64,000 nt of DNA. Origin: Candidatus Bathyarchaeia archaeon (GTDB lineage: Archaea; Thermoproteota; Bathyarchaeia; Bathyarchaeales; Bathycorpusculaceae). The stretch is taken from NCBI GenBank assembly GCA_038727135.1, contig JAVYWL010000001.1:384001-448000 (forward strand). The letters are read 5' to 3'. This document shows positions 1-8,335 of this stretch, in pieces (within the stretch, counting starts at the first letter, position 1; every line of letters starts with the position of its first letter). The translations under genes and the position numbers were made by a program. The notes under the pieces are model-generated. The model was not told the origin of the DNA, did not search any database, and was given only the letters and a program-made list of their open reading frames with translations.

Positions 1-335
1 TACGCTGCAGCTTCACAAGCCAGCAAAGCTCACTAAATAACTGTAAAACTAGCCTAATAAGGTCTTCCTTTGTTCGTGCTCAAATTTTTCTAGAGGGTAT
101 CCAATTTAGGCGTTTTCTAACAGGTAAATTTGATGTTTGCTGTTTAGTTGCGGAAATCTATAGGGGGAGGGGCGCTATTGGTTGTTTTTCAAGCCAAAAA
201 ATGTAGAGAGGGTGGTGTATTTGTTGTTTGGAACCAGCCACAAATATGACGTTTAGGCGTTTAACAGCGTCAAATAGCTTTTTCTATAAGCTCAAACCTA
301 ATAGGAGTTGATAAGCCAAACGGACTTGAAAGTTT

Positions 336-1559
336 ATGGTGGAAAATGTTCGTGAACTATTAAAGGCTCATGAGGGATTAAAGCGTGAAGTCTATCTGGA
401 CATTGAAAACTCAAGCATGGTGCCAACAGAAGTTGTTGAAGCTATGCTTCCATACTTTAACCAGCGCGCCTATGGCAATCCAACGCTTACCCATAAGCCT
501 GGATGGGAAGCCTTTGAAGCCATAATGGAATCAGCCCAAAAGATAGCCGGCTTTATGGGATGCAAAAATCTTGAGGAAGTTAATTTTACGCCTGGTGAAA
601 CAGAAGCCAACAACCTTGCCTTGCTGGGTGCGACCCTTCAGATGCGGGGGAAGGGGAAGAAGATTGTAATTTCTGAAGTTGAGCCGTTGAGCATTATGCA
701 TGTGGCTGAAATGTTAACCCGTTTCGGCTTCACGGTAACAAAAATTCCAGTTGACGGCGAGGGTCTTGTAAACCTTGAAAAATTGAAGGAAGCTGTTGAT
801 GACGAAACCGTTCTAGTAAGCCTTTCCGCCGTAAACCATGAAATAGGAACAATACAACCAATAAGGGAAGCCCGAGAAATAGTCAAGGACAAAAACCCAA
901 ACGCAATATTCCATACAGACGCTTCAGACGCCTATGGAAAAATACAGTTCAACGTGCAGGACTTGGGCGTGGACATGACAACAATAAGCAGCTACAAAAT
1001 CCTTGGACCTCGCGGAATAGGAGCCCTCTACGTAAGGGAAGGTATAAACATAGAAAGAATATTGGAAGGCCAAATAGGCACCCAAAAACTCTGGCCTGGA
1101 GTTGAGAACACGCCATTAATAGTTGGCTTTACAAAAGCCTCTGAGCTTGCCTTCCAAAACTTTGAAGAAAATGTTAGGCACATGCGAAGGCTTAGGGACA
1201 AGCTCATAAGCGGAATTTTTGAAAAAATAACCGATGTACGCTTAAATGGTCCAAGGGGCGAGAAAAGGGCTCCAGATAATGCCAACATAAGCTTTTTGCG
1301 CTGTGAAGGCGAAGCACTAACGATCGAACTAAGCCTAAACGGTGTTTACGTCTCAAGTGGGAGCGCATGCACAAGGCGCCTACTACAGCCAAGCCACGTC
1401 CTCACAGCAATAGGCAGAAAATTCGAGGAAGCCCATGGAAGCATCCTCATGAAGGTTACACGAATCCATAGGGAGGAGGACATAGACTATGTTTTGGAAG
1501 TGCTGCCGAAAGCCGTTGAAAGGCTTAGGGGGATAACTGGCACAACAGTGGTGGGATAA
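336..1559 (+). CDS. iscS: IscS/NifS-family (class V PLP) cysteine desulfurase homolog with divergent active site
   Basis: YLD, GNP, TEANN, SSYKILGPRGIG (PLP Lys), SSGSACT (persulfide Cys), PSHVL motifs; adjacent to iscU; several PLP/substrate residues substituted. Confidence 0.85.
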   Translation: MVENVRELLKAHEGLKREVYLDIENSSMVPTEVVEAMLPYFNQRAYGNPTLTHKPGWEAFEAIMESAQKIAGFMGCKNLEEVNFTPGETEANNLALLGATLQMRGKGKKIVISEVEPLSIMHVAEMLTRFGFTVTKIPVDGEGLVNLEKLKEAVDDETVLVSLSAVNHEIGTIQPIREAREIVKDKNPNAIFHTDASDAYGKIQFNVQDLGVDMTTISSYKILGPRGIGALYVREGINIERILEGQIGTQKLWPGVENTPLIVGFTKASELAFQNFEENVRHMRRLRDKLISGIFEKITDVRLNGPRGEKRAPDNANISFLRCEGEALTIELSLNGVYVSSGSACTRRLLQPSHVLTAIGRKFEEAHGSILMKVTRIHREEDIDYVLEVLPKAVERLRGITGTTVVG

Positions 1560-1560
1560 A

Positions 1561-2061
1561 ATGTCGCGTGTACCCCTGCCCTACAGCCAAAAAATCCTTG
1601 AGCTTTTTAGAAACCCTAAAAACCTTGGAAAGATGGAAGACGCCACAGTGTCGGCTGTTGCTGGAAACCCCCAATGCGGAGACATGATAACCTTCTACCT
1701 AAAAATAAATGAGCAAGACATAATCGAAAAGGCAACCTTTGAAAGTTACGGATGCGCCGCCAACATAGCCACATCCAGCATAGTTACAGAAAAAGTGAAG
1801 GGAATGAGGCTCGAAGACGCGTGGAAAATCACGTGGAAAAGCGTGGCAGAAGAGGTTGGCGGACTCCCAGCGGTAAAATTCCACTGTGGAATCCTAGCCG
1901 TAGGCGCCCTAAGAAGAGCCATAAGAGCCTACTACAAAAACAAGCAGACAACGCCAGATTGGCTTCCAAAAGACCTAACCTTTGAAGAAGAACAAGCTCT
2001 AGAAGAGGAAGAATTGGCAAGAATCCTGGAGAAAAAAATGAAGATGGCAGAGGAAAAATAA
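1561..2061 (+). CDS. iscU: Fe-S cluster scaffold IscU/NifU-N with acidic C-terminal extension
   Basis: YS..ILELFRNPKN, NPQCGD, FESYGCAA, LPAVKFHC (three Cys ligands). Confidence 0.93.
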   Translation: MSRVPLPYSQKILELFRNPKNLGKMEDATVSAVAGNPQCGDMITFYLKINEQDIIEKATFESYGCAANIATSSIVTEKVKGMRLEDAWKITWKSVAEEVGGLPAVKFHCGILAVGALRRAIRAYYKNKQTTPDWLPKDLTFEEEQALEEEELARILEKKMKMAEEK

Positions 2062-3300
2062 ATGTTCGATCCATACAAGATTAGGGAAGACTTTCCAATC
2101 TTAAAACGCAAAATAAACAATCACCCGCTCATCTATTTTGATAATGCCGCCACATCCCAAAAGCCAAAACAGGTAATAGAAGCCATAAAAGAGTACTATG
2201 AACTCCACAATGCCAATGTCCACAGAGCCGTGCATACGCTTTCACTTGAGGCTACAGAGCTTTATGAAAGCGCCCACGAAGAAACAGCCAAATTCATAGG
2301 CGCAGAAAGCATAGAAGAAATAATCTTCACAAGAGGAACAACAGAAGCCATAAACACTGTCGCCTACTCATGGGGACTGCGAAGCCTCAAACGAGACGAC
2401 GAGGTTCTAGTAACTCTAATGGAGCATCACAGCAACATCGTGCCATGGGAAATACTCTCAAAAATAAAGGGCTTCAAAGTTCGATATATAGACGTCAACG
2501 AAGATGGAACCTTAAACCAACAAGCCCTCCAAGAAGCCCTTTCACCAAAGGTGAAAATGGTCTGCATAACTCACGTCTCAAATGTTACCGGCGTGATAAA
2601 TGATGTACGGTACGCTGCAAAACTCGCCCACGAAAACAACGCCCTCATCCTTGTCGACGGAGCCCAATCAGTACCCCACATACCAATAAACGTGAAAGAA
2701 CTGGACTGCGACTTCCTAGCCTTTTCCGGACATAAAATGCTTGGACCAACGGGAATAGGCGTCCTATACGGCAAGCGAGACATCCTAGAAAAAATGGAGC
2801 CCTTCCATGGAGGAGGCGAAATGATAAGGGAAGTCTCCTACAACCCAAAAACACAAACTTGCAAAATAACCTGGAACGACCTGCCATGGAAATTTGAGGC
2901 TGGAACACCAAACATATGCGGTGGCGTAGGCTTAATGGCAGCCATAAAATACCTAAAAAACCTAGGAATGGAAAACGTTAAAGCCCATGAATGCACCCTA
3001 ACCGAGTACGCCATAAAACGCCTAAGAGAATGTGAAAAAGTTAGGGTTTATGGTCCAAAGGATGTGAAAGCCAAATGCGGCATAGTGCCCTTCAACCTTG
3101 AAGGTTTCGACTCCCATGATTTGGCTTTGCTCCTAGACACTTATGGCATAATGATAAGAAGCGGCTTCCACTGCGCCCAACCCCTACACCAAAGATTCGG
3201 ACTAAAATCCTCGGCAAGGGCAAGCTTCTACGTATACAACACCAAAGAGGAAATCGACAAACTAGTGGAAGCCCTAAAGGAGATTGAACAATCTCTATGA
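2062..3300 (+). CDS. sufS: SufS/Csd-type (group II) cysteine desulfurase
   Basis: YFDNAATSQKP, MEHHSN, DGAQS, FSGHKMLGPTG, RSGFHCAQP, RASFY. Confidence 0.95.
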   Translation: MFDPYKIREDFPILKRKINNHPLIYFDNAATSQKPKQVIEAIKEYYELHNANVHRAVHTLSLEATELYESAHEETAKFIGAESIEEIIFTRGTTEAINTVAYSWGLRSLKRDDEVLVTLMEHHSNIVPWEILSKIKGFKVRYIDVNEDGTLNQQALQEALSPKVKMVCITHVSNVTGVINDVRYAAKLAHENNALILVDGAQSVPHIPINVKELDCDFLAFSGHKMLGPTGIGVLYGKRDILEKMEPFHGGGEMIREVSYNPKTQTCKITWNDLPWKFEAGTPNICGGVGLMAAIKYLKNLGMENVKAHECTLTEYAIKRLRECEKVRVYGPKDVKAKCGIVPFNLEGFDSHDLALLLDTYGIMIRSGFHCAQPLHQRFGLKSSARASFYVYNTKEEIDKLVEALKEIEQSL

Positions 3301-3569
3301 GCACAATTCTGGACATATACATAGCAAGAATTGAAGAGGCATGTGGAGAAGAAAGAGATTACATAATCCACTTCAAATATGACAAAAAGGAGGAGGCGAT
3401 AACAAAAATACTGAAAAAAGCCACATTGCAAAAAACCACAGCAAAAATAATCTTCGACCTAACATACAAAGAAACCTACATACGCTTATACGCAACAGGA
3501 AAAGCCGTCTTCAAAAAAGTAAAAGACAAAGAACAGCTAAACCAAATCCTAACAGAACTACTCTCATAA
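3297..3569 (+). CDS. small hypothetical protein resembling the C-terminal domain of ThiF/MoeB proteins
   Basis: ATGA overlap with sufS stop; ACG(Cys-Gly) near N-terminus and IRLYATGKAVFKKV..KEQL pattern. Confidence 0.6.
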   Translation: MSTILDIYIARIEEACGEERDYIIHFKYDKKEEAITKILKKATLQKTTAKIIFDLTYKETYIRLYATGKAVFKKVKDKEQLNQILTELLS

Positions 3570-3593
3570 ACCCTCAATTTTCCACATTTAAAC

Positions 3594-3635
3594 GGCAAAG
3601 CTTATAAGTAATACTTTTTAATTAAAAAGTAATAC
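3594..3635 (+). promoter_or_regulatory. BRE/TATA (CTTATAAG 3601-3608) followed by NikR-type operator GTAATAC-N14-GTAATAC
   Basis: 3608-3635 GTAATACTTTTTAATTAAAAAGTAATAC with perfect inner palindrome ACTTTTTAATTAAAAAGT, directly upstream of the Ni/Co ECF permease. Confidence 0.7.
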
Positions 3636-3647
3636 GAGGCTAATTTA

Positions 3648-4310
3648 ATGCACATACCAGACGGCTACATAAGTCCAGAAATCGCCGCAGCAATGGCTGC
3701 AATATCCATTAGCTTCCTCGTCTTATCATGGAGAAAGGCGAAAGCTACATGCCCAAAAGCATTAGCCCCACTACTGGCGGTTTCAAGCGCCTTCGTCTTT
3801 GCAGCCCAGATGATTAACTTCCCAATAACGTATGGAACAAGCGGACACCTAGTAGGCGGAACATTTCTCTCAATAATCTTAGGCCCCTATGCGGCAATCC
3901 TAAGCATGACAATAGTCCTACTAATGCAAGCACTGTTCTTCGCAGACGGAGGAATCATGGCCCTAGGCGCCAACATCTTCAACATGGCAGTTATAGGCGG
4001 CCTAAGCTTCTACATAGTAAAACTCATAGCCGGAAACTCAACGAAGGGCAAACGCTTCTTCATCGGTGTGTTTGCAGCCTCGTGGCTATCGGTTGTTCTT
4101 GGGGCTTTGGCATGCGGTCTGCAGATAGGCTTTTCACCAGCCTTTACAGAAGCTGGTGGAATAACGGTAACAGTCCCAGCCATGCTAATTTGGCATGTAC
4201 TAATAGGCCTCGGCGAAGCTGCAATAACAACAACAGCCATTACACAACTATACCGAGTGCGGCCCGCAATATTGAATGGTTTAGCTTTCCTAAAGAGGGA
4301 AGCCATTTGA
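3648..4310 (+). CDS. cbiM: ECF-type Ni/Co transporter substrate component CbiM/NikM
   Basis: N-terminal MHIPDG metal-binding motif, AQMINFP, TSGHLVGG, QALFFADGG, GANIFNM, H..IG.GEA. Confidence 0.93.
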   Translation: MHIPDGYISPEIAAAMAAISISFLVLSWRKAKATCPKALAPLLAVSSAFVFAAQMINFPITYGTSGHLVGGTFLSIILGPYAAILSMTIVLLMQALFFADGGIMALGANIFNMAVIGGLSFYIVKLIAGNSTKGKRFFIGVFAASWLSVVLGALACGLQIGFSPAFTEAGGITVTVPAMLIWHVLIGLGEAAITTTAITQLYRVRPAILNGLAFLKREAI

Positions 4311-4588
4311 AGGGCTACGTTAAGGCGCTAATCCTAATAGCCGTTGGGCTTGCAATCTTAATACCCTTCGCTTCATCCTACCCAGACGGCCTAGAAACAG
4401 TAGCTGAAACCCTTAAAGTGGAAGAGGCAGAGCCAATTTGGAGAGGACTTATGCCAGACTACACCCTACTAGCAATTGACAACCCATACCTATCAACATT
4501 AGCAGCGGGCTTCTTCGGCATAATCATAGTTTCAGCCGCAGCCTACGCCCTAGGCAATTTAATATCAAAACAAGAAGAGACAAAATAG
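4307..4588 (+). CDS. PDGLE-domain protein (NikN/CbiN-like)
   Basis: PFASSYPDGLE and MPDY motifs, two TM helices; likely TTG start at 4307 overlapping the cbiM stop (track ORF 4082 is over-extended). Confidence 0.85.
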   Translation: MKGYVKALILIAVGLAILIPFASSYPDGLETVAETLKVEEAEPIWRGLMPDYTLLAIDNPYLSTLAAGFFGIIIVSAAAYALGNLISKQEETK

Positions 4589-4602
4589 TTGCGGGCTGCT
4601 TG

Positions 4603-5271
4603 CTATTCTCTGCTTGCAAGTATAACTATATAGTCCGCCGTATCAGCACACATATCAGCAGCATGCTCGATAAACTCCACAAGATCATCAAAAATAACCA
4701 TTGAACCGCTATCCATCTGCCCTCCATATTTGATGAATAAGGCTTTAGTTTTAAGATACTCGTCGTCTATTTTCCTCTCTATTTCCTCCACCTTCTTCGC
4801 CCCATCTATAGCCGCAGAGGAATCCACAGCAATTTTCTCAATGCTTCCCCTCAAGGCGTGTGCGCAATCCACGAGAAACGATGTTGTGTGGGCTGCGTTC
4901 TCCCAGAGCTCCTTTGGAACTTTGGCCCCTTCAAGCATTTTTATGCATCTTGCCGCGTCTTTCACATGGTCAGCCAGCGTGTCAAGCCGCTTCACAAGGT
5001 GCATTAGATCTTCGCGGTAGTCAGCGAAAAGAGCCACACCCTTCGAGAGTTCCTTGAAGACTTCTGTTCGCAGTCTGTCAACTTCCTTCTCAACCTTGAA
5101 AATATTCTCTATGTGCTGCATGGCTTCTTTCCTGTTGCCTTCAGCCATTTTCTGCATGGCATAATGAAGAAGCGTCACGGTGTCCAAAGCCTTTGTTATC
5201 TGCTCCTGTGCCAAATCAAGAGCCTTGGTTCTTCGCCGCCTCTCAAACCATGCATAGCTTTTCTTTTCCAA
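4603..5271 (-). CDS. DUF47 / PhoU-like phosphate transport regulator
   Basis: EKEVDRLR, REDL..LVKRLD.LAD, IERKIDD, IEHAADMCADTAD repeated helical pattern. Confidence 0.85.
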   Translation of the reverse strand: MEKKSYAWFERRRRTKALDLAQEQITKALDTVTLLHYAMQKMAEGNRKEAMQHIENIFKVEKEVDRLRTEVFKELSKGVALFADYREDLMHLVKRLDTLADHVKDAARCIKMLEGAKVPKELWENAAHTTSFLVDCAHALRGSIEKIAVDSSAAIDGAKKVEEIERKIDDEYLKTKALFIKYGGQMDSGSMVIFDDLVEFIEHAADMCADTADYIVILASRE

Positions 5272-5336
5272 GCTAAACTCATCTCCTTAACAATAAGCTA
5301 CCATGAAATGCTTAATAACACTTTGCAAAACTAGTG

Positions 5337-5792
5337 CTATCCTTCTTCGGCTTCAGCAACCCAATAAGCCTTCTTGCCACCCTCTTTAGTGGTCACATAT
5401 TCCTTCTTGAAAATTGGGGCCTCCTTCTTATATCTCTCAACAGCTTCCCTCAAAACTGGAAAAACATCCTCCCTATGGGAACCGGCAACCAAAACGTAGA
5501 CAAGGTCTTCGCCGACATTGAACTCGCCCACGAAATGGTGTATTTGAACGTCAACTACGCCCTTTCTTCTCTTTAATTCTTGGCATATCTTTGATAGCAC
5601 ATCATCTGCTCCTTCATCATAAGCTTCAATTTCCAATTTCTGAACTTTTTCTCCCTCCGGATTCTCTCCACGAACAACACCAATAAAGACGGCAATAGCT
5701 CCAGCTTTCTGAAAATTCGGATTTCCTTTAACTCTTTCAATTAATTCTCCAATTGATAAGGTGCCTTTCTCATGAATATATCTGGGTGGCAT
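5337..5792 (-). CDS. moaE: molybdopterin synthase catalytic subunit MoaE
   Basis: GAIAVFIGVVR, H..GEF.VGE, HRED.F, K.EAPIFKKE; start at ATG 5792 after GGTG. Confidence 0.9.
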   Translation of the reverse strand: MPPRYIHEKGTLSIGELIERVKGNPNFQKAGAIAVFIGVVRGENPEGEKVQKLEIEAYDEGADDVLSKICQELKRRKGVVDVQIHHFVGEFNVGEDLVYVLVAGSHREDVFPVLREAVERYKKEAPIFKKEYVTTKEGGKKAYWVAEAEEG

Positions 5793-5833
5793 TGAAGCAC
5801 CATCAACTAAAGCGGCGAAAGCCAATTTAAAGG

Positions 5834-6784
5834 TTAAGAAATTCTAATTAACTTTTCAGCCAAACCTGCAAGCATTTCTCGATACTCTAAAAGCCTTTTA
5901 CGGGCATCCTCTAGCGTGATATCCGAGAACCTTATGATATCATTTGGTTTGGCTTGCCCAAGCCTATCCAAGTCTGGAGTTGTTACAGCTGCTATTTTGG
6001 GATAGCCTCCGGTTGTTTGGGCATCCCTCATAATTGTTATGGGTTTTCCATCTTTGGGTACTTGAATTGCTCCAGGCAAGAGGGCGTCCGAAACTATGTC
6101 AGCCTTTCCCTTATGCTCTATTGTCGGTCCTTCGAGGCGGTAACCCATGCGGTCAGAATCTATTGTAACCTTATAAGAGTTTGAAAGGAAAGTTTTAATG
6201 CCTCTTTCAGTGAACATATCTGCCTGTGGTCCCAAAACAACATGCACAGTGAAACTATCCTTAAAGTGCGGCACGAGGTTTTCTGGCATTCTAAAAACAA
6301 CATCAATGGGTGGAACGCTGAACCCTTCAATTATGTCCCCGACCTTTAGTTGTCTGCCATCTATTCCACCGAAGCGTCCGCGGACATAAGTTGACCTGCT
6401 CCCGAGAACTACGGGCGTGTTTATTCCTCCCCTAATGGAGAGGTAGCATCTGCACCCGCTTTCCACTTTTCCAACAGAAACAACGTCTCCCTTACGCACA
6501 GTTAATGTTTGCCACATGGGCGCTTCCTCACCATTGATTTCCACAGAAATTCTTCCTCCAGTTAAGGCAATCTGAGTATCCACCAACACTTGAAGTTCTG
6601 GTCCTGTGATGGTTATCTCCAAACATGCATCATTAGGGTTGTTTCCAACCAGCAGATTTGCCGCCACCATTGAAAACGAGTCCATGGCGCCAGAAATAGG
6701 GACTCCATATTTAAGGTAGCCATATCTACCCAAGTCTTGCACTGTTGTAAAAAATCCGGGCTTTAAAACTTGAAAAACTTCCAT
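5834..6784 (-). CDS. pxpC: 5-oxoprolinase subunit C (KipA / allophanate hydrolase subunit 2 family)
   Basis: TTVQDLGR.GY, SGAMD, LGSRST, SDRMGYRL, GAIQVP.DG.P, QTTGGYPKIA. Confidence 0.92.
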   Translation of the reverse strand: MEVFQVLKPGFFTTVQDLGRYGYLKYGVPISGAMDSFSMVAANLLVGNNPNDACLEITITGPELQVLVDTQIALTGGRISVEINGEEAPMWQTLTVRKGDVVSVGKVESGCRCYLSIRGGINTPVVLGSRSTYVRGRFGGIDGRQLKVGDIIEGFSVPPIDVVFRMPENLVPHFKDSFTVHVVLGPQADMFTERGIKTFLSNSYKVTIDSDRMGYRLEGPTIEHKGKADIVSDALLPGAIQVPKDGKPITIMRDAQTTGGYPKIAAVTTPDLDRLGQAKPNDIIRFSDITLEDARKRLLEYREMLAGLAEKLIRIS

Positions 6785-6786
6785 GC

Positions 6787-7537
6787 CTACAATTCCTCAA
6801 ATTGCAGTTTATAAGCGCCTACCCTAACAAGTTCCTCAATTCTCCTGTAATCCTCCTCTGAAACTGGCTCGAATTTAACAATATCTCCAGGTTTTAGTAA
6901 GGCTGGAGGCTGCTTTTGCGGATCAAAAAGTCTGATTGGTGTCCTGCCTATTATCCGCCACCCCCCCAGGAGCCTCGCATGGATAAATGCCTGTCTGTCT
7001 TTCTGCAATGCCAACAGAACCTGCTGGCACTTTTAGACGCGGAGTTTCAAGACGTGGTGTTGCAATTTCTTCTGGAACGTCACCTAGGTATGGGAAGCCG
7101 GCAACAAAGCCTATCATGTAAACCCTATAGTCTTTCCCGGAATGGTATCTGACAACTTGTTCCTCGGTTAACCTGTGATACTGAGCCACATAACCCAGGT
7201 CTGGTCCATAGGCGCCTCCGTAAATGACTGGGACAATAAGCTTTCTCCCCCCTGTTTTTGCCTGTTTGCTTTCCAACGCCTCTTCAATCTCTTTAATGCG
7301 CACAGCAAGTTGATCGTAAGTTATTTCAGCCGGATTATAACGAACAAGCAGAGACCTATAGGTGGGGACAAACTCTTCAACGCCTTTTATGTCAGCTTTT
7401 AAAAGAGCCTCATTTAAGGCGATGACTTTGCTGTTCACCGCCAAATCAATTACATCACCAAACTCAACTATTAGAGCATGGTCGCCGAAGGGAAGATAAC
7501 GTGCAGAAGGGTAAACCGAGCCTTTCATGGGCATCAT
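6787..7537 (-). pseudogene. pxpB: 5-oxoprolinase subunit B (KipI family), split by a 1-nt insertion in a G7 run (true pseudogene or sequencing error)
   Basis: ORF 6923-7537 carries GD.AL, PTYRSLL, IGFVAGFPYLG, PR..VPAGSVGIA..QTGIYP..APGG; ORF 6787-7014 continues GGWRIIGRTP..LFDP..LLKPGD.VKF; frames join at C7 6961-6967. Confidence 0.88.
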
Positions 7538-8310
7538 TAGATGAATTGGCTTACTGGTTTAACCTCTATTCCAGCTTTAACAAGCCCTTTTCTTAACGCC
7601 TCAGCTAATTTTACAGCTTTTGGCGTGTCGCCATGAACACAAACTGTGTGAACTTGTCCGAGCCCCACAACTTCACCGCTAAAAGCTTCAACTACGCCTT
7701 CCTTTACGGCTTGTATGGCTCGCTTAACAACCTTTTCCGGCTCCTCAATTACAGCGCCGGGTTCCCCCCTTGAAACTAGGCTTCCATCTGGGTTATAGGC
7801 TCTGTCCGCAAAAAACTCGTAGGCAACCCGTAATCCAGCGTTAGCAGCCACCTCAGCCATCGCGGATTTCGGCGGTGCAAAAACGATTAAGTTCCTATCC
7901 AGCTCTGAGACAGCTTCAGCTATAGCCTTGGAAAGCTCTCTATCCTTTAACGCCGTGTTATACATCGCACCGTGAGGCTTTACATGTTGAAGACTTAAGC
8001 CGAAAACTTTGACAAATTCGAGAAGCGCTCCAACCTGGTAAATGATGTAGTTTTTTGCCTCTTCACTTGATAGTTGCATTTCTCTTCTTCCAAACCCCAT
8101 TAGATCCGGGTATCCAGGATGAGCCCCCACGGCGACTCCATACTTCTTTGCCAAAGCCACCGTCCGCGCCATTATCGAAGGGTCGCCCGCGTGAAAACCA
8201 CACGCAACATTAGCAGAAGTTATGTAGGGCATTATTTCCTCGTCATTCCCAATCCTGAATGCTCCATAGCTTTCGCCTAAATCACAGTTTATATCAACCA
8301 GAAACCTCAA
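7537..8310 (-). CDS. pxpA: 5-oxoprolinase subunit A (LamB/YcsF family)
   Basis: DINCDLGES, SANVACGFHAGDP, GAHPGYPD..GFGRR, HVKPHGAMYN, EFFADRAY, TVCVHGD; probable TTG start 8310. Confidence 0.94.
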   Translation of the reverse strand: MRFLVDINCDLGESYGAFRIGNDEEIMPYITSANVACGFHAGDPSIMARTVALAKKYGVAVGAHPGYPDLMGFGRREMQLSSEEAKNYIIYQVGALLEFVKVFGLSLQHVKPHGAMYNTALKDRELSKAIAEAVSELDRNLIVFAPPKSAMAEVAANAGLRVAYEFFADRAYNPDGSLVSRGEPGAVIEEPEKVVKRAIQAVKEGVVEAFSGEVVGLGQVHTVCVHGDTPKAVKLAEALRKGLVKAGIEVKPVSQFI

Positions 8311-8335
8311 ACCAACACTTCCTAAAGCATTAAAA

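Noticed and set aside
4082-4306. N-terminal extension of the PDGLE ORF
   Set aside because: Overlaps cbiM out of frame; the real start is TTG 4307
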